Of a DNA stretch of 35,182 bases, positions 25,236 to 31,809 are shown piece by piece. The DNA is from a virus. The notes under the pieces are model-generated. The model had not been told where the DNA came from and did no database searches. It saw only the letters and a program-made list of their open reading frames with translations. Where the stretch lies: positions 1 through 35,182 of the IMG/VR virus record IMGVR_UViG_3300020125_000277. One strand, 5' to 3'. Every line of letters begins with the position of its first letter. Positions within the stretch are counted from its first letter, which is position 1. The translations under genes were made by a program, and so were the position numbers.

Positions 25236-25696
25236 TCATAAGCCCTCTCACATCTCTCCTCGAGTTCTTTCTTAGTTATTCTTATATGTTCAATGCCATT
25301 ATGTCCAAAAAATTGTCTAGATACTGAAAATACATGTTCTTTACGTTCATCGGTATCAATCATCATGTCTTCAATGTGCTGATAGATCCTGTATTCTTCA
25401 TTATTCTTGTACTGTTTTGAAAGACACTTCATTTCAATTGTTGTTTCTGTTACTGCTTGTTGCGCTTCTTCGTATGTTTTCGCTTTATAGTAAAGAAACT
25501 GTTGGTTGGATGCTATCTTTATGAATGAACGCCAAGTCTTACTGAAGCTCGGCACCGTATTATTGATATAAACTAGAATGTCATTACGTATATTATAGGG
25601 GTTATCACACAAACCAGCAAGCTTCTCCAGACTAGGGAAAGCCCCTACCGAAACACTCCAAAAGACGGTCAGACAAAGGATAATGATGCGGTGCAC
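25232..25696 (-). CDS. Secreted helical protein coupled to the lipase gene (154 aa)
   Basis: Signal peptide MHRIIILCLTVFWSVSVGA. ATGA overlap with the downstream lipase gene. Confidence 0.55.
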   Translation of the reverse strand: MHRIIILCLTVFWSVSVGAFPSLEKLAGLCDNPYNIRNDILVYINNTVPSFSKTWRSFIKIASNQQFLYYKAKTYEEAQQAVTETTIEMKCLSKQYKNNEEYRIYQHIEDMMIDTDERKEHVFSVSRQFFGHNGIEHIRITKKELEERCERAYE

Positions 25697-26112
25697 TACT
25701 TTTTCCCCATCTCATCCACTTTCGCTTGGAGTTTAGCTAATTGATCGGCTAGACCTTGGAGTGCCAGGCTATCCCTGTGTGCCTTAAGCATGTTATTAAG
25801 TGTCTCCCCTTCTTCTGGTAACAAATCACCATTAGAAACGAGTTTAATTACGCTTTCTGAGAGTTTTAATAAAGATTGTTCATTATAATTTTCACTGGCT
25901 TCCAAAAAAACCATATTATCTTGCGGACGAGGATAAAGTCTATCAGTAATGACTTTCAACATCGCCTCATTCCCATTTCTTGCCATCTCTAATACTTTGG
26001 CAGATATTTCAGCAGCATGAGGCCATACCGTTTCTTTAAAAAGAAGTTGTTTAGCCCCTGATCCCTTGGGCCTTCCCATCCTACAAGCAGGAACACCATT
26101 TCTTAATGTCAT
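25696..26112 (-). CDS. Putative DNA-binding protein at the head of the late operon (possible small terminase or late regulator, 138 aa)
   Basis: The GRPKGSG motif, ..AMLKVITDRLYP.. and the C-terminal LVSNGDLLPEEGETLNNMLKAH + coiled coil resemble small phage DNA-binding or terminase-small-like proteins. AGGTGA SD. Confidence 0.35.
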   Translation of the reverse strand: MTLRNGVPACRMGRPKGSGAKQLLFKETVWPHAAEISAKVLEMARNGNEAMLKVITDRLYPRPQDNMVFLEASENYNEQSLLKLSESVIKLVSNGDLLPEEGETLNNMLKAHRDSLALQGLADQLAKLQAKVDEMGKK

Positions 26113-26202
26113 CGTATCACCTGTACATTTATTTAACTTCTATAATTTTCTGTATAAAACGAATGCTACCATAATGCCAACTAAAATATCAACAACAAAT
26201 AA

Positions 26203-26231
26203 TTGACATGATACTTTGTATCACATATAAT
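26203..26231 (+). promoter_or_regulatory. Consensus sigma70 promoter of the 26266..30128 operon
   Basis: TTGACA (26203-26208), 17-nt spacer, TATAAT (26226-26231). Both hexamers are perfect. Confidence 0.75.
26209..26223. promoter_or_regulatory. Operator-like palindrome TGATAC-ttt-GTATCA inside the promoter spacer
   Basis: Perfect 6-bp inverted arms fill the -35/-10 spacer. Confidence 0.55.
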
Positions 26232-26265
26232 TATCTTCGTTAACCAACAACACAAGGGAAATAAA

Positions 26266-26430
26266 ATGAAAATAGATATTACAGAAAAATTTGTTACTTT
26301 AGAAGCAGAAAACTATGCTGAAGAATATTATCTAAAAGCAATATATGAAGACTGTAAGAATAGTGAAAAATCAAAATCTTTTGAACTATACAGAATAAAT
26401 AAATTGATCTTTAAAATATACATTAAATAA
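26266..26430 (+). CDS. Hypothetical small protein (54 aa, MKIDITEKFVTLEAENY...)
   Basis: Under 60 aa, so absent from the track. AAGGGA lies 6 nt upstream. First gene after the promoter. Confidence 0.5.
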   Translation: MKIDITEKFVTLEAENYAEEYYLKAIYEDCKNSEKSKSFELYRINKLIFKIYIK

Positions 26431-26451
26431 ACCATTAAAAGGACCCACCAT

Positions 26452-26598
26452 ATGAACAAATTCAACGGCTTCTGGGTAACAAACCTAATCATATTTCTCA
26501 TCATAATGACCCCGATCGGCTATCACCTAGTAGCTATAGAGAAATCCCTACAAAATATCCAATCAATCCTACAGGAAGCCAAAAATGAGACCAATTAA
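26452..26598 (+). CDS. Small single-pass membrane protein (48 aa, MNKFNGFWVTNLIIFLIIMTPIGY...)
   Basis: AAAGGA upstream. Hydrophobic helix. The 3' end overlaps the YopX start. Confidence 0.45.
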   Translation: MNKFNGFWVTNLIIFLIIMTPIGYHLVAIEKSLQNIQSILQEAKNETN

Positions 26599-26908
26599 AT
26601 TTCGAGTATTTGATACGCATGATGGTGAAAGTTACGAAATGGTATATAGCGATGAATACAAATCTTTAAGTGAATATGTAACATTTCACGGATTAAATGA
26701 TGAACATATGCAATTCACCGGCCTTCATGACAAAAATGGTAAAGAAATCTACGAAGGAGACATAATATCATGTAGAAGTTGCATTCATGAAGTAGACAGT
26801 GTTTTTAATTTTGGTTATTTCTTCGGAGAGTATATGGGAGGATGTAACGAATCGGTAGAAATCATCGGCAACATCCACTCTAATCATGAACTTCTGGAGA
26901 AAAAATGA
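26585..26908 (+). CDS. YopX-family protein (107 aa)
   Basis: IKFRVFD...MQFTGLHDKNGKEIYEGDII...VEIIGNIHSNHELL matches the YopX domain pattern. Confidence 0.8.
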   Translation: MRPIKFRVFDTHDGESYEMVYSDEYKSLSEYVTFHGLNDEHMQFTGLHDKNGKEIYEGDIISCRSCIHEVDSVFNFGYFFGEYMGGCNESVEIIGNIHSNHELLEKK

Positions 26909-27075
26909 AGAGAATATTTCTATTTTCAAATCAAGGTTGCGGTTACGAGATAATTATAGATTCATCGATCATGGCCCCTGTAGATGGATACTATCTAATA
27001 TCAGATGAAGTTAAATATTATAATAAAGGTGAATTAATTAATATTGAAGAACCAAATCTACCGGAGAACAAATAA
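26905..27075 (+). CDS. Hypothetical small protein (56 aa, MKRIFLFSNQGCGYEIIID...)
   Basis: ATGA overlap with the YopX stop. Ends ..LPENK* within the repeated GGAGAACAAATAATG junction. Confidence 0.45.
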   Translation: MKRIFLFSNQGCGYEIIIDSSIMAPVDGYYLISDEVKYYNKGELINIEEPNLPENK

Positions 27076-27197
27076 TGCTTATATGCACCATAACAACTTT
27101 TTTCGAAACATTTATGGCTGGATTTATTGTTGGAATATTAACACCATTTATAGCAATGTTTTTAATATCATACTTTTCAAAAAAGGAGAACAAATAA
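27075..27197 (+). CDS. Small membrane protein (40 aa, MLICTITTFFETFMAGFIVGILTPFIAMFLISYF...)
   Basis: TAATG overlap with the upstream stop. GGAG lies 8 nt upstream. Strongly hydrophobic. Confidence 0.45.
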   Translation: MLICTITTFFETFMAGFIVGILTPFIAMFLISYFSKKENK

Positions 27198-27361
27198 TGG
27201 AAAAAATAGTAACAATAGCAACAAAAGAAGAACTAGAAATTCTTTTTGATACCAAAGAAAAACGAAAAATATTTAAAAACATAATTAGCAGGATAATAAA
27301 TGAAATGATGAATCGAACTGTCCACGTACCATTCGTAAAACTTCATGAGGTAATCGAATAA
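27197..27361 (+). CDS. Hypothetical small protein (54 aa, MEKIVTIATKEELEILFD...HEVIE)
   Basis: AAGGAG at 27183-27188. This replaces the tracked 105-aa TTG-started ORF at 27044. Confidence 0.55.
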   Translation: MEKIVTIATKEELEILFDTKEKRKIFKNIISRIINEMMNRTVHVPFVKLHEVIE

Positions 27362-27963
27362 TGGAAATAACAAGCAATGTAGTTTGTTTAAAATCTATAA
27401 ATTTCCCTAAATTTTCAGGTAAACAATTATACATGCATAAAAATTTAAACTTACCTGAGGGATTTGAAGAATATAAGGATATGATAAAAAAAATGTTATC
27501 TATGATAAATAAATTTTCAGGAGATATATATATAACCATAGATGAAAAATTAGTAAATAAAAATACTTCTCATAGAAGAGGCGGTATTCACACTGACGGA
27601 AACTATATCTACGGTTGGGGAGATGGCGAAGGTTGGTTAACTGGAGAAAATGGCAGAATTCTCAATAAAGAAAAACATAAAAAACAATATATGTCTAATA
27701 CGGGAGGAATGTTAATAGCTTCAACTTTTAGCGCATGTAAAGCTTATAAAGGTAAGATTGAAGGATACATAGCACAAGGAGGAAACTGTCAAGATTTAAC
27801 AAATCAATTACATAAATGTGAAGAAATAAATATTAAAGAAAATTTAGTTTATTTCATAAATTCAACAGGACTACATGAATCATTACCAGTACCAAAAGAT
27901 ATAAAAAGAAGTTTATTAAGGATAACATTACCTCATGATTTTATTTTGGAGAAAAAACAATGA
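27361..27963 (+). CDS. Putative 2OG-Fe(II) oxygenase superfamily protein, P4H-like (200 aa)
   Basis: HxD in GGIHTDG, a distal His in TGLHESLPVP, then KRSLLRI. This matches the H.D...H.v.PV....R.S pattern. Confidence 0.5.
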   Translation: MEITSNVVCLKSINFPKFSGKQLYMHKNLNLPEGFEEYKDMIKKMLSMINKFSGDIYITIDEKLVNKNTSHRRGGIHTDGNYIYGWGDGEGWLTGENGRILNKEKHKKQYMSNTGGMLIASTFSACKAYKGKIEGYIAQGGNCQDLTNQLHKCEEINIKENLVYFINSTGLHESLPVPKDIKRSLLRITLPHDFILEKKQ

Positions 27964-28136
27964 ACGTACTACTATACATATCCGACACGTCACATAACAA
28001 TCATTACGAAATACGTTTCACCACTGACCGTTCACACCCAGATTTCTTTCTCTCCAACGCCGGAGGCGAATTAATGAGTTTATCAGAACAACAATTTTTC
28101 GACATCATTGACAAGTTTTTCAAGGAGAATTTTTAA
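27960..28136 (+). CDS. Hypothetical small protein (58 aa, MNVLLYISDTSHNNHYEIRF...)
   Basis: ATGA overlap with the upstream stop. GGAGAAAAAACA-ATG. Confidence 0.5.
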   Translation: MNVLLYISDTSHNNHYEIRFTTDRSHPDFFLSNAGGELMSLSEQQFFDIIDKFFKENF

Positions 28137-28282
28137 TGGAAGTTTACATAGTAATAGATAAAACATCTCATTCAGGAAGACCATTGGCAGTTTTTAAATC
28201 ACATTTAGATGCTATTAATTTCTGTAAAGAATCTGATCTTGACATAGATGAATGTATTGAAGAACACGAGGTAATCGAATAA
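28136..28282 (+). CDS. Hypothetical small protein (48 aa, MEVYIVIDKTSHSGRPLAVF...HEVIE)
   Basis: TAATG overlap, with AAGGAG upstream. The C-terminus and junction are identical to those of 27197..27361. Confidence 0.5.
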   Translation: MEVYIVIDKTSHSGRPLAVFKSHLDAINFCKESDLDIDECIEEHEVIE

Positions 28283-28389
28283 TGCTAAGAGACGACCAAA
28301 TATTTTACGCAGTTTTATTTATTATTATCATTTCATCAATCATTGGTTCAACAACAGGAATTATATTATGGAATTGGATAAGCAAGTAA
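28282..28389 (+). CDS. Small membrane protein (35 aa, MLRDDQIFYAVLFIIIISSIIGSTTGIILWNWISK)
   Basis: TAATG overlap, with GAGG upstream. One hydrophobic helix. Confidence 0.4.
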   Translation: MLRDDQIFYAVLFIIIISSIIGSTTGIILWNWISK

Positions 28390-28754
28390 CATCTATAGAA
28401 TTATCAAAACGCCTACATGAGTTAGGTGTTAAACAGAAAAGTTTGTTTTATTTTGTGAAAGATCCTTACTTAGATAATGAAATATTTGAAATAACTAGAA
28501 GTGGAGAAGGATATTTTTTTATTAGTGAAAAATATTCAGCATTCACCGCCTCCGAGCTATTAGAATTATTGCCAAAATTCATTAATAACTGGATTTTTAG
28601 AATAGAGAAATATCCTAGCGAGTTCGAAGTAAAATACTGCGACAAATTAGATGAAAAAAGATTAAATATTGAATTTGATAAATCATTACCAGACGCTTTA
28701 GCAAAAATGCTAATCCACCTTCTCGAAAACAACTTGCTGGAGACTAACAAATGA
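28368..28754 (+). CDS. Hypothetical protein (128 aa)
   Basis: ORF track entry. The ends TSIELSKRLHELGV and LPDALAKMLIHLLEN recall an uncharacterised phage family. Confidence 0.6.
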   Translation: MELDKQVTSIELSKRLHELGVKQKSLFYFVKDPYLDNEIFEITRSGEGYFFISEKYSAFTASELLELLPKFINNWIFRIEKYPSEFEVKYCDKLDEKRLNIEFDKSLPDALAKMLIHLLENNLLETNK

Positions 28755-28957
28755 AAGAAATCCTAATAACCCAAGACGAAATAGTAAACATAATAAGAAA
28801 AACTTTTGAAGTAAATTTAAGTGTTTTAATAAAAGGCTATACAGAAAATATGTTTTACATTGATGAAATGACAGAATATCAACAAAGTATATGCATACTA
28901 TTCGACAGACAAAATTATCTAGTAAGAGAACTAAACAATTTTAAGGAAACCAAATAA
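28751..28957 (+). CDS. Hypothetical protein (68 aa)
   Basis: ATGA overlap with the upstream gene. Confidence 0.55.
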   Translation: MKEILITQDEIVNIIRKTFEVNLSVLIKGYTENMFYIDEMTEYQQSICILFDRQNYLVRELNNFKETK

Positions 28958-29127
28958 TGAAAATAGATAAATTAGAAAATCAAGATAAAATTATTGTATC
29001 ACCTAGTTTTGCAGAAATATTCGACATGATTAAAGAACATATGATAGAAACTGGCACTACTAAAGCCCAATACACCGGAAACGGAGAATTTGTATTTTTT
29101 AATACTGATAAAAAGGAACAGAAATAA
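28957..29127 (+). CDS. Hypothetical small protein (56 aa, MKIDKLENQDKIIVSPSF...)
   Basis: TAATG overlap, with AAGGAA upstream. Confidence 0.5.
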   Translation: MKIDKLENQDKIIVSPSFAEIFDMIKEHMIETGTTKAQYTGNGEFVFFNTDKKEQK

Positions 29128-29300
29128 TGGAAAATTTATGCAAAAAATGTATTGAAATTACAGACAATGAAATGGAAAAGTTAACTATAGGAATAAGTAA
29201 ATATATATTAATGAGTGGATATGGATTAAAGTTTTACAAAGATATTTTAAATTCAATAAAAAATAATTTTCATCATGAACATAAAAAGGAAACCGAATAA
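29127..29300 (+). CDS. Hypothetical small protein (57 aa, MENLCKKCIEITDNEMEKL...)
   Basis: TAATG overlap, with AAGGAA upstream. Confidence 0.5.
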   Translation: MENLCKKCIEITDNEMEKLTIGISKYILMSGYGLKFYKDILNSIKNNFHHEHKKETE

Positions 29301-29470
29301 TGTTTGATGAAGATAGATTTAAAGATATAGATACACAAAATAAAATTAACATTGAATTTCTAAAAAGGATAGAACGTTTAGAATCAATATTAAAATTAGA
29401 TTTAAGTTCAGAAGTATTATCATTTTCCATGGATGATCCTTTACCTATTAAATATATGGAGACTAACTAA
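29300..29470 (+). CDS. Hypothetical small protein (56 aa, MFDEDRFKDIDTQNKINIEF...)
   Basis: TAATG overlap, with AAGGAA upstream. The antisense 81-aa tracked ORF was rejected. Confidence 0.5.
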   Translation: MFDEDRFKDIDTQNKINIEFLKRIERLESILKLDLSSEVLSFSMDDPLPIKYMETN

Positions 29471-29835
29471 TGGAAACAAAACCATATTATACAGAAATGG
29501 AAAAACTACAGCATAGAATGGATAAATTAGAAAATCTATCAAAAGAAATTGAACACATTTACAAAATTATCCATCAAATAAGCAAAGCAGAACAAAAATA
29601 CTTTTACGACCCAAACCCTCTCTGCTCCAATGCTTTTAACAATGTTCCCGAAAAGAAAATAGATCTTACTTTTGAAGAGGCATTCAAAGAATATAAAAAA
29701 GGTAAGTTAATTAAAAGAAAGACGTGGAATATAGATAATAAACCAATTTCTTATAAATATGATTATGTAAATTATTACATACCAAAATTTTCGCCAAGCG
29801 ACATAGAGGCTAATGACTGGGAGATCGTGGAATGA
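29470..29835 (+). CDS. Coiled-coil N-terminus plus a short DUF2829-like C-terminal domain (121 aa)
   Basis: LTFEEAFKEYKKGKLIKRKTWN ... FSPSDIEANDWEIVE matches both ends of the DUF2829 pattern (F.EAl..lk.GkkvaR.gWn ... W.ps..DlLa.DWeiv). The middle is shorter than usual. Confidence 0.5.
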   Translation: METKPYYTEMEKLQHRMDKLENLSKEIEHIYKIIHQISKAEQKYFYDPNPLCSNAFNNVPEKKIDLTFEEAFKEYKKGKLIKRKTWNIDNKPISYKYDYVNYYIPKFSPSDIEANDWEIVE

Positions 29836-30128
29836 ACCCATCCAGAGAACGCCGTTCCTACAACACCGCCTTACGAGCGCTTATCAGCGAGAACAATCTG
29901 TCTTACAAAACGGTAATGCGTATCCTCGGCGTCTCACGTGCAACCATAAGGGCATGGTTATCTCCTGCGAGATCGGCTAACTACCGGAACATGCGGGAGC
30001 CTTACTATAGGCTTCTGAGGATTTCGGTGCTGCGTTCTACTAGTAGAAAAGCAAAAGCGTCTGCCAAAGAAAGGGGTGGGGTAGCCGTAGGGACCGTGGA
30101 GCACAAGAAGACTTACGGAGGGCCGTAG
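29832..30128 (+). CDS. Small HTH DNA-binding protein in a GC-richer island (98 aa)
   Basis: LSYKTVMRILGVSRATIRAWLS is a classical helix-turn-helix. Basic C-terminus. Confidence 0.5.
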   Translation: MNPSRERRSYNTALRALISENNLSYKTVMRILGVSRATIRAWLSPARSANYRNMREPYYRLLRISVLRSTSRKAKASAKERGGVAVGTVEHKKTYGGP

Positions 30129-30195
30129 GCCGGAACGAGGCTATACCTACCAGTATTACTACTAGTATGTATGGGTACCCAGAAGCCCGTAGGGG

Positions 30196-30459
30196 CTATA
30201 TCTTACTACCTTTCACGTCATGGTGACCATGGGTGACGGAGATGACTTTACCATAGACGCCGTATTCTGGCATCTTAGCATGTTCTACGGGAGCGAGGCC
30301 GAGGCCTTGTTTACCGTTGGAACAGTCCATGGCGCTTCTCATTTCACTGGAAGAGTAAGGGGCACGGGCATGATGTTTGCCTTGGTAGCTTGTCTTGTGA
30401 TGCATTTCGGTACCACCAACCATTTTGTTTGTAGGAACTTTCTTCATAAAGTCGTCCAT
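30196..30459 (-). CDS. His-rich hypothetical protein (87 aa)
   Basis: AGGAGG lies 9 nt upstream of ATG 30459. The antisense tracked ORF 30220..30507 was rejected. Confidence 0.55.
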   Translation of the reverse strand: MDDFMKKVPTNKMVGGTEMHHKTSYQGKHHARAPYSSSEMRSAMDCSNGKQGLGLAPVEHAKMPEYGVYGKVISVTHGHHDVKGSKI

Positions 30460-30481
30460 GACGGAAGACCTCCTTTTTTCG

Positions 30482-30652
30482 TTAATTGCCTTTGTCTACG
30501 TACATGACGCGGGGTTCTTGGCAGAAGCTTTGTTTTACTTTCTTTAGAACCTTGAAGTGCTCTATACGGATCTTCTTTAAGGTTTCGGGGTGTTCTTTAT
30601 CATGTTTCTTTTGTTCTTCAACGGTACAACGTCTATGAGTTTTTGATTCCAT
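30482..30652 (-). CDS. Hypothetical small basic protein (56 aa, MESKTHRRCTVEEQKKHDKEHPETLKK...)
   Basis: Under 60 aa, so absent from the track. GAGG lies 5 nt upstream of ATG 30652. Directly downstream of the lysozyme gene. Confidence 0.5.
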   Translation of the reverse strand: MESKTHRRCTVEEQKKHDKEHPETLKKIRIEHFKVLKKVKQSFCQEPRVMYVDKGN

Positions 30653-30671
30653 ACAAACCTCTCAATAAAGA

Positions 30672-31088
30672 TTACATTTTATCCATTTCGTACTGATATG
30701 CAAGTCTTTCCATACGAGCAGGATTCTGAGAATGCGCCAAACTGTTTATAAGCTCTTTAGAGGCGAGATCCCATTCTTCACGCTCTGTGTGCCCTATGAA
30801 CTCTCTAAAGCCCAATAAACCGCTTATACCGAGGTTGTAGCATAGGTTAATCAGTATAGCCTGTCTTTGTATGGATAAACTTTTATAGTTTGGGAAACTT
30901 TTACGTAGCTCTGCTTCTGCAATGCCGATACGGTTGGTCAAAATGAAGTCGCACTCTTCCTTGTAAAGGCCAACATCATCCAAATTGAAGCCGTAACCGA
31001 TGTGGCGTATAGCGCCTATATAGTAAATAAACTGCTTGAAACCTTCATCTTTCATTAAAGATTGCTGTGCAAGATCGGTGCTTTTCAT
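30672..31088 (-). CDS. GH24 (T4-lysozyme-like) muramidase, putative endolysin (138 aa)
   Basis: [11 protein letters not shown]..HIGYG aligns with T4L [42 protein letters not shown]...WDLASKEL..S....QNPAR aligns with RRAAINMVFQMGETGVAGF...WDEAAVNL..S....QTPNR. Confidence 0.8.
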   Translation of the reverse strand: [138 protein letters not shown]

Positions 31089-31184
31089 GGGTGCTCCTAA
31101 TGCCAGGTTATGATTTCACCAAGACAAATGGGGCACTTGACCATTTGTGGTGGCGCTGAAAAAGAAAGCTCTATTACGATACCA

Positions 31185-31577
31185 CTACCACCGCACATAG
31201 GGCATTCTTTGATTTCCGAAATACAATTCAATTTCTTTTCTTGCTTCATCGAATCCATTTGCTACTACTGCCTTATAATTGTAAAAATTAAGAGCTGTTA
31301 GCCAAGACTGTTGGGTATCGCTTACTCCTGCACCGCCATCTACCCGTTTAAACTCAATATAAAGACCATGGTAAGGTTTTATAGGAATTGCTACGCAGAT
31401 ATCAGGAACTCCTGATTTCGCCCCTACGGACTTATACTTGGCTCCTTCACGTGCGCTCATACGTCCGTTAGGAATGTGGAACGTCATTCTGTACACCTCA
31501 GGATGAAACCGGCATAGCCACGCCATGAAAGCGGCTTGATCTTGGTGTTCGGTTGCACATAAATTTTTCAGTTTCAT
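31185..31577 (-). CDS. VRR-NUC domain nuclease (130 aa)
   Basis: HIPNG...GAKSGVPDICVAIP...GLYIEFKR...SDTQQSW matches the VRR-NUC (PD-(D/E)xK) pattern. Confidence 0.85.
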   Translation of the reverse strand: MKLKNLCATEHQDQAAFMAWLCRFHPEVYRMTFHIPNGRMSAREGAKYKSVGAKSGVPDICVAIPIKPYHGLYIEFKRVDGGAGVSDTQQSWLTALNFYNYKAVVANGFDEARKEIELYFGNQRMPYVRW

Positions 31578-31629
31578 TTGCTCATCTCCTGTACAGTTAA
31601 TTTCTCTCTCGCGTAGGCTTTAACATTTG

Positions 31630-31809
31630 GTTAACTAAAAATATAAGTATATGATATATATAATAATATATATATTATGTAGGTTAACTTTAAGGTTAAC
31701 TTTTGGTTAACCGAGGTTAACCGGTAGTTAACCAAAGTTAACCTCCAGTTAACCACCATGGTTAACCGATTTTCTCCATATAAATCAATAATTTGCATAA
31801 GAAGTTAAC
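31630..31809. repeat. Iteron array: 10 perfect GTTAAC cores (mostly GGTTAACC), putative replication origin
   Basis: Cores start at 31630, 31683, 31695, 31706, 31716, 31727, 31737, 31748, 31761 and 31804. The central seven are spaced 10-13 bp apart. Confidence 0.75.
31636..31680. other. Near-pure A/T tract (candidate DNA unwinding element) between iteron 1 and the iteron cluster
   Basis: taaaaatataagtatatgatatatataataatatatatattatgt. Confidence 0.55.

Noticed and set aside
27044-27361. Tracked 105-aa ORF
   Set aside because: It has a TTG start without an SD. The region is better explained by three SD-supported, overlap-coupled small ORFs (26905..27075, 27075..27197, 27197..27361).
29185-29430. 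Tracked minus-strand 81-aa ORF
   Set aside because: It is antisense to two SD-supported, TAATG-coupled plus-strand genes and has low-complexity AT-driven composition.
30220-30507. Tracked plus-strand 95-aa ORF
   Set aside because: It is antisense to the 87-aa gene, which has an AGGAGG SD. It has no SD of its own.
31110-31301. Tracked plus-strand 63-aa ORF
   Set aside because: It is antisense to the 3' end of the VRR-NUC gene and has no start signals.
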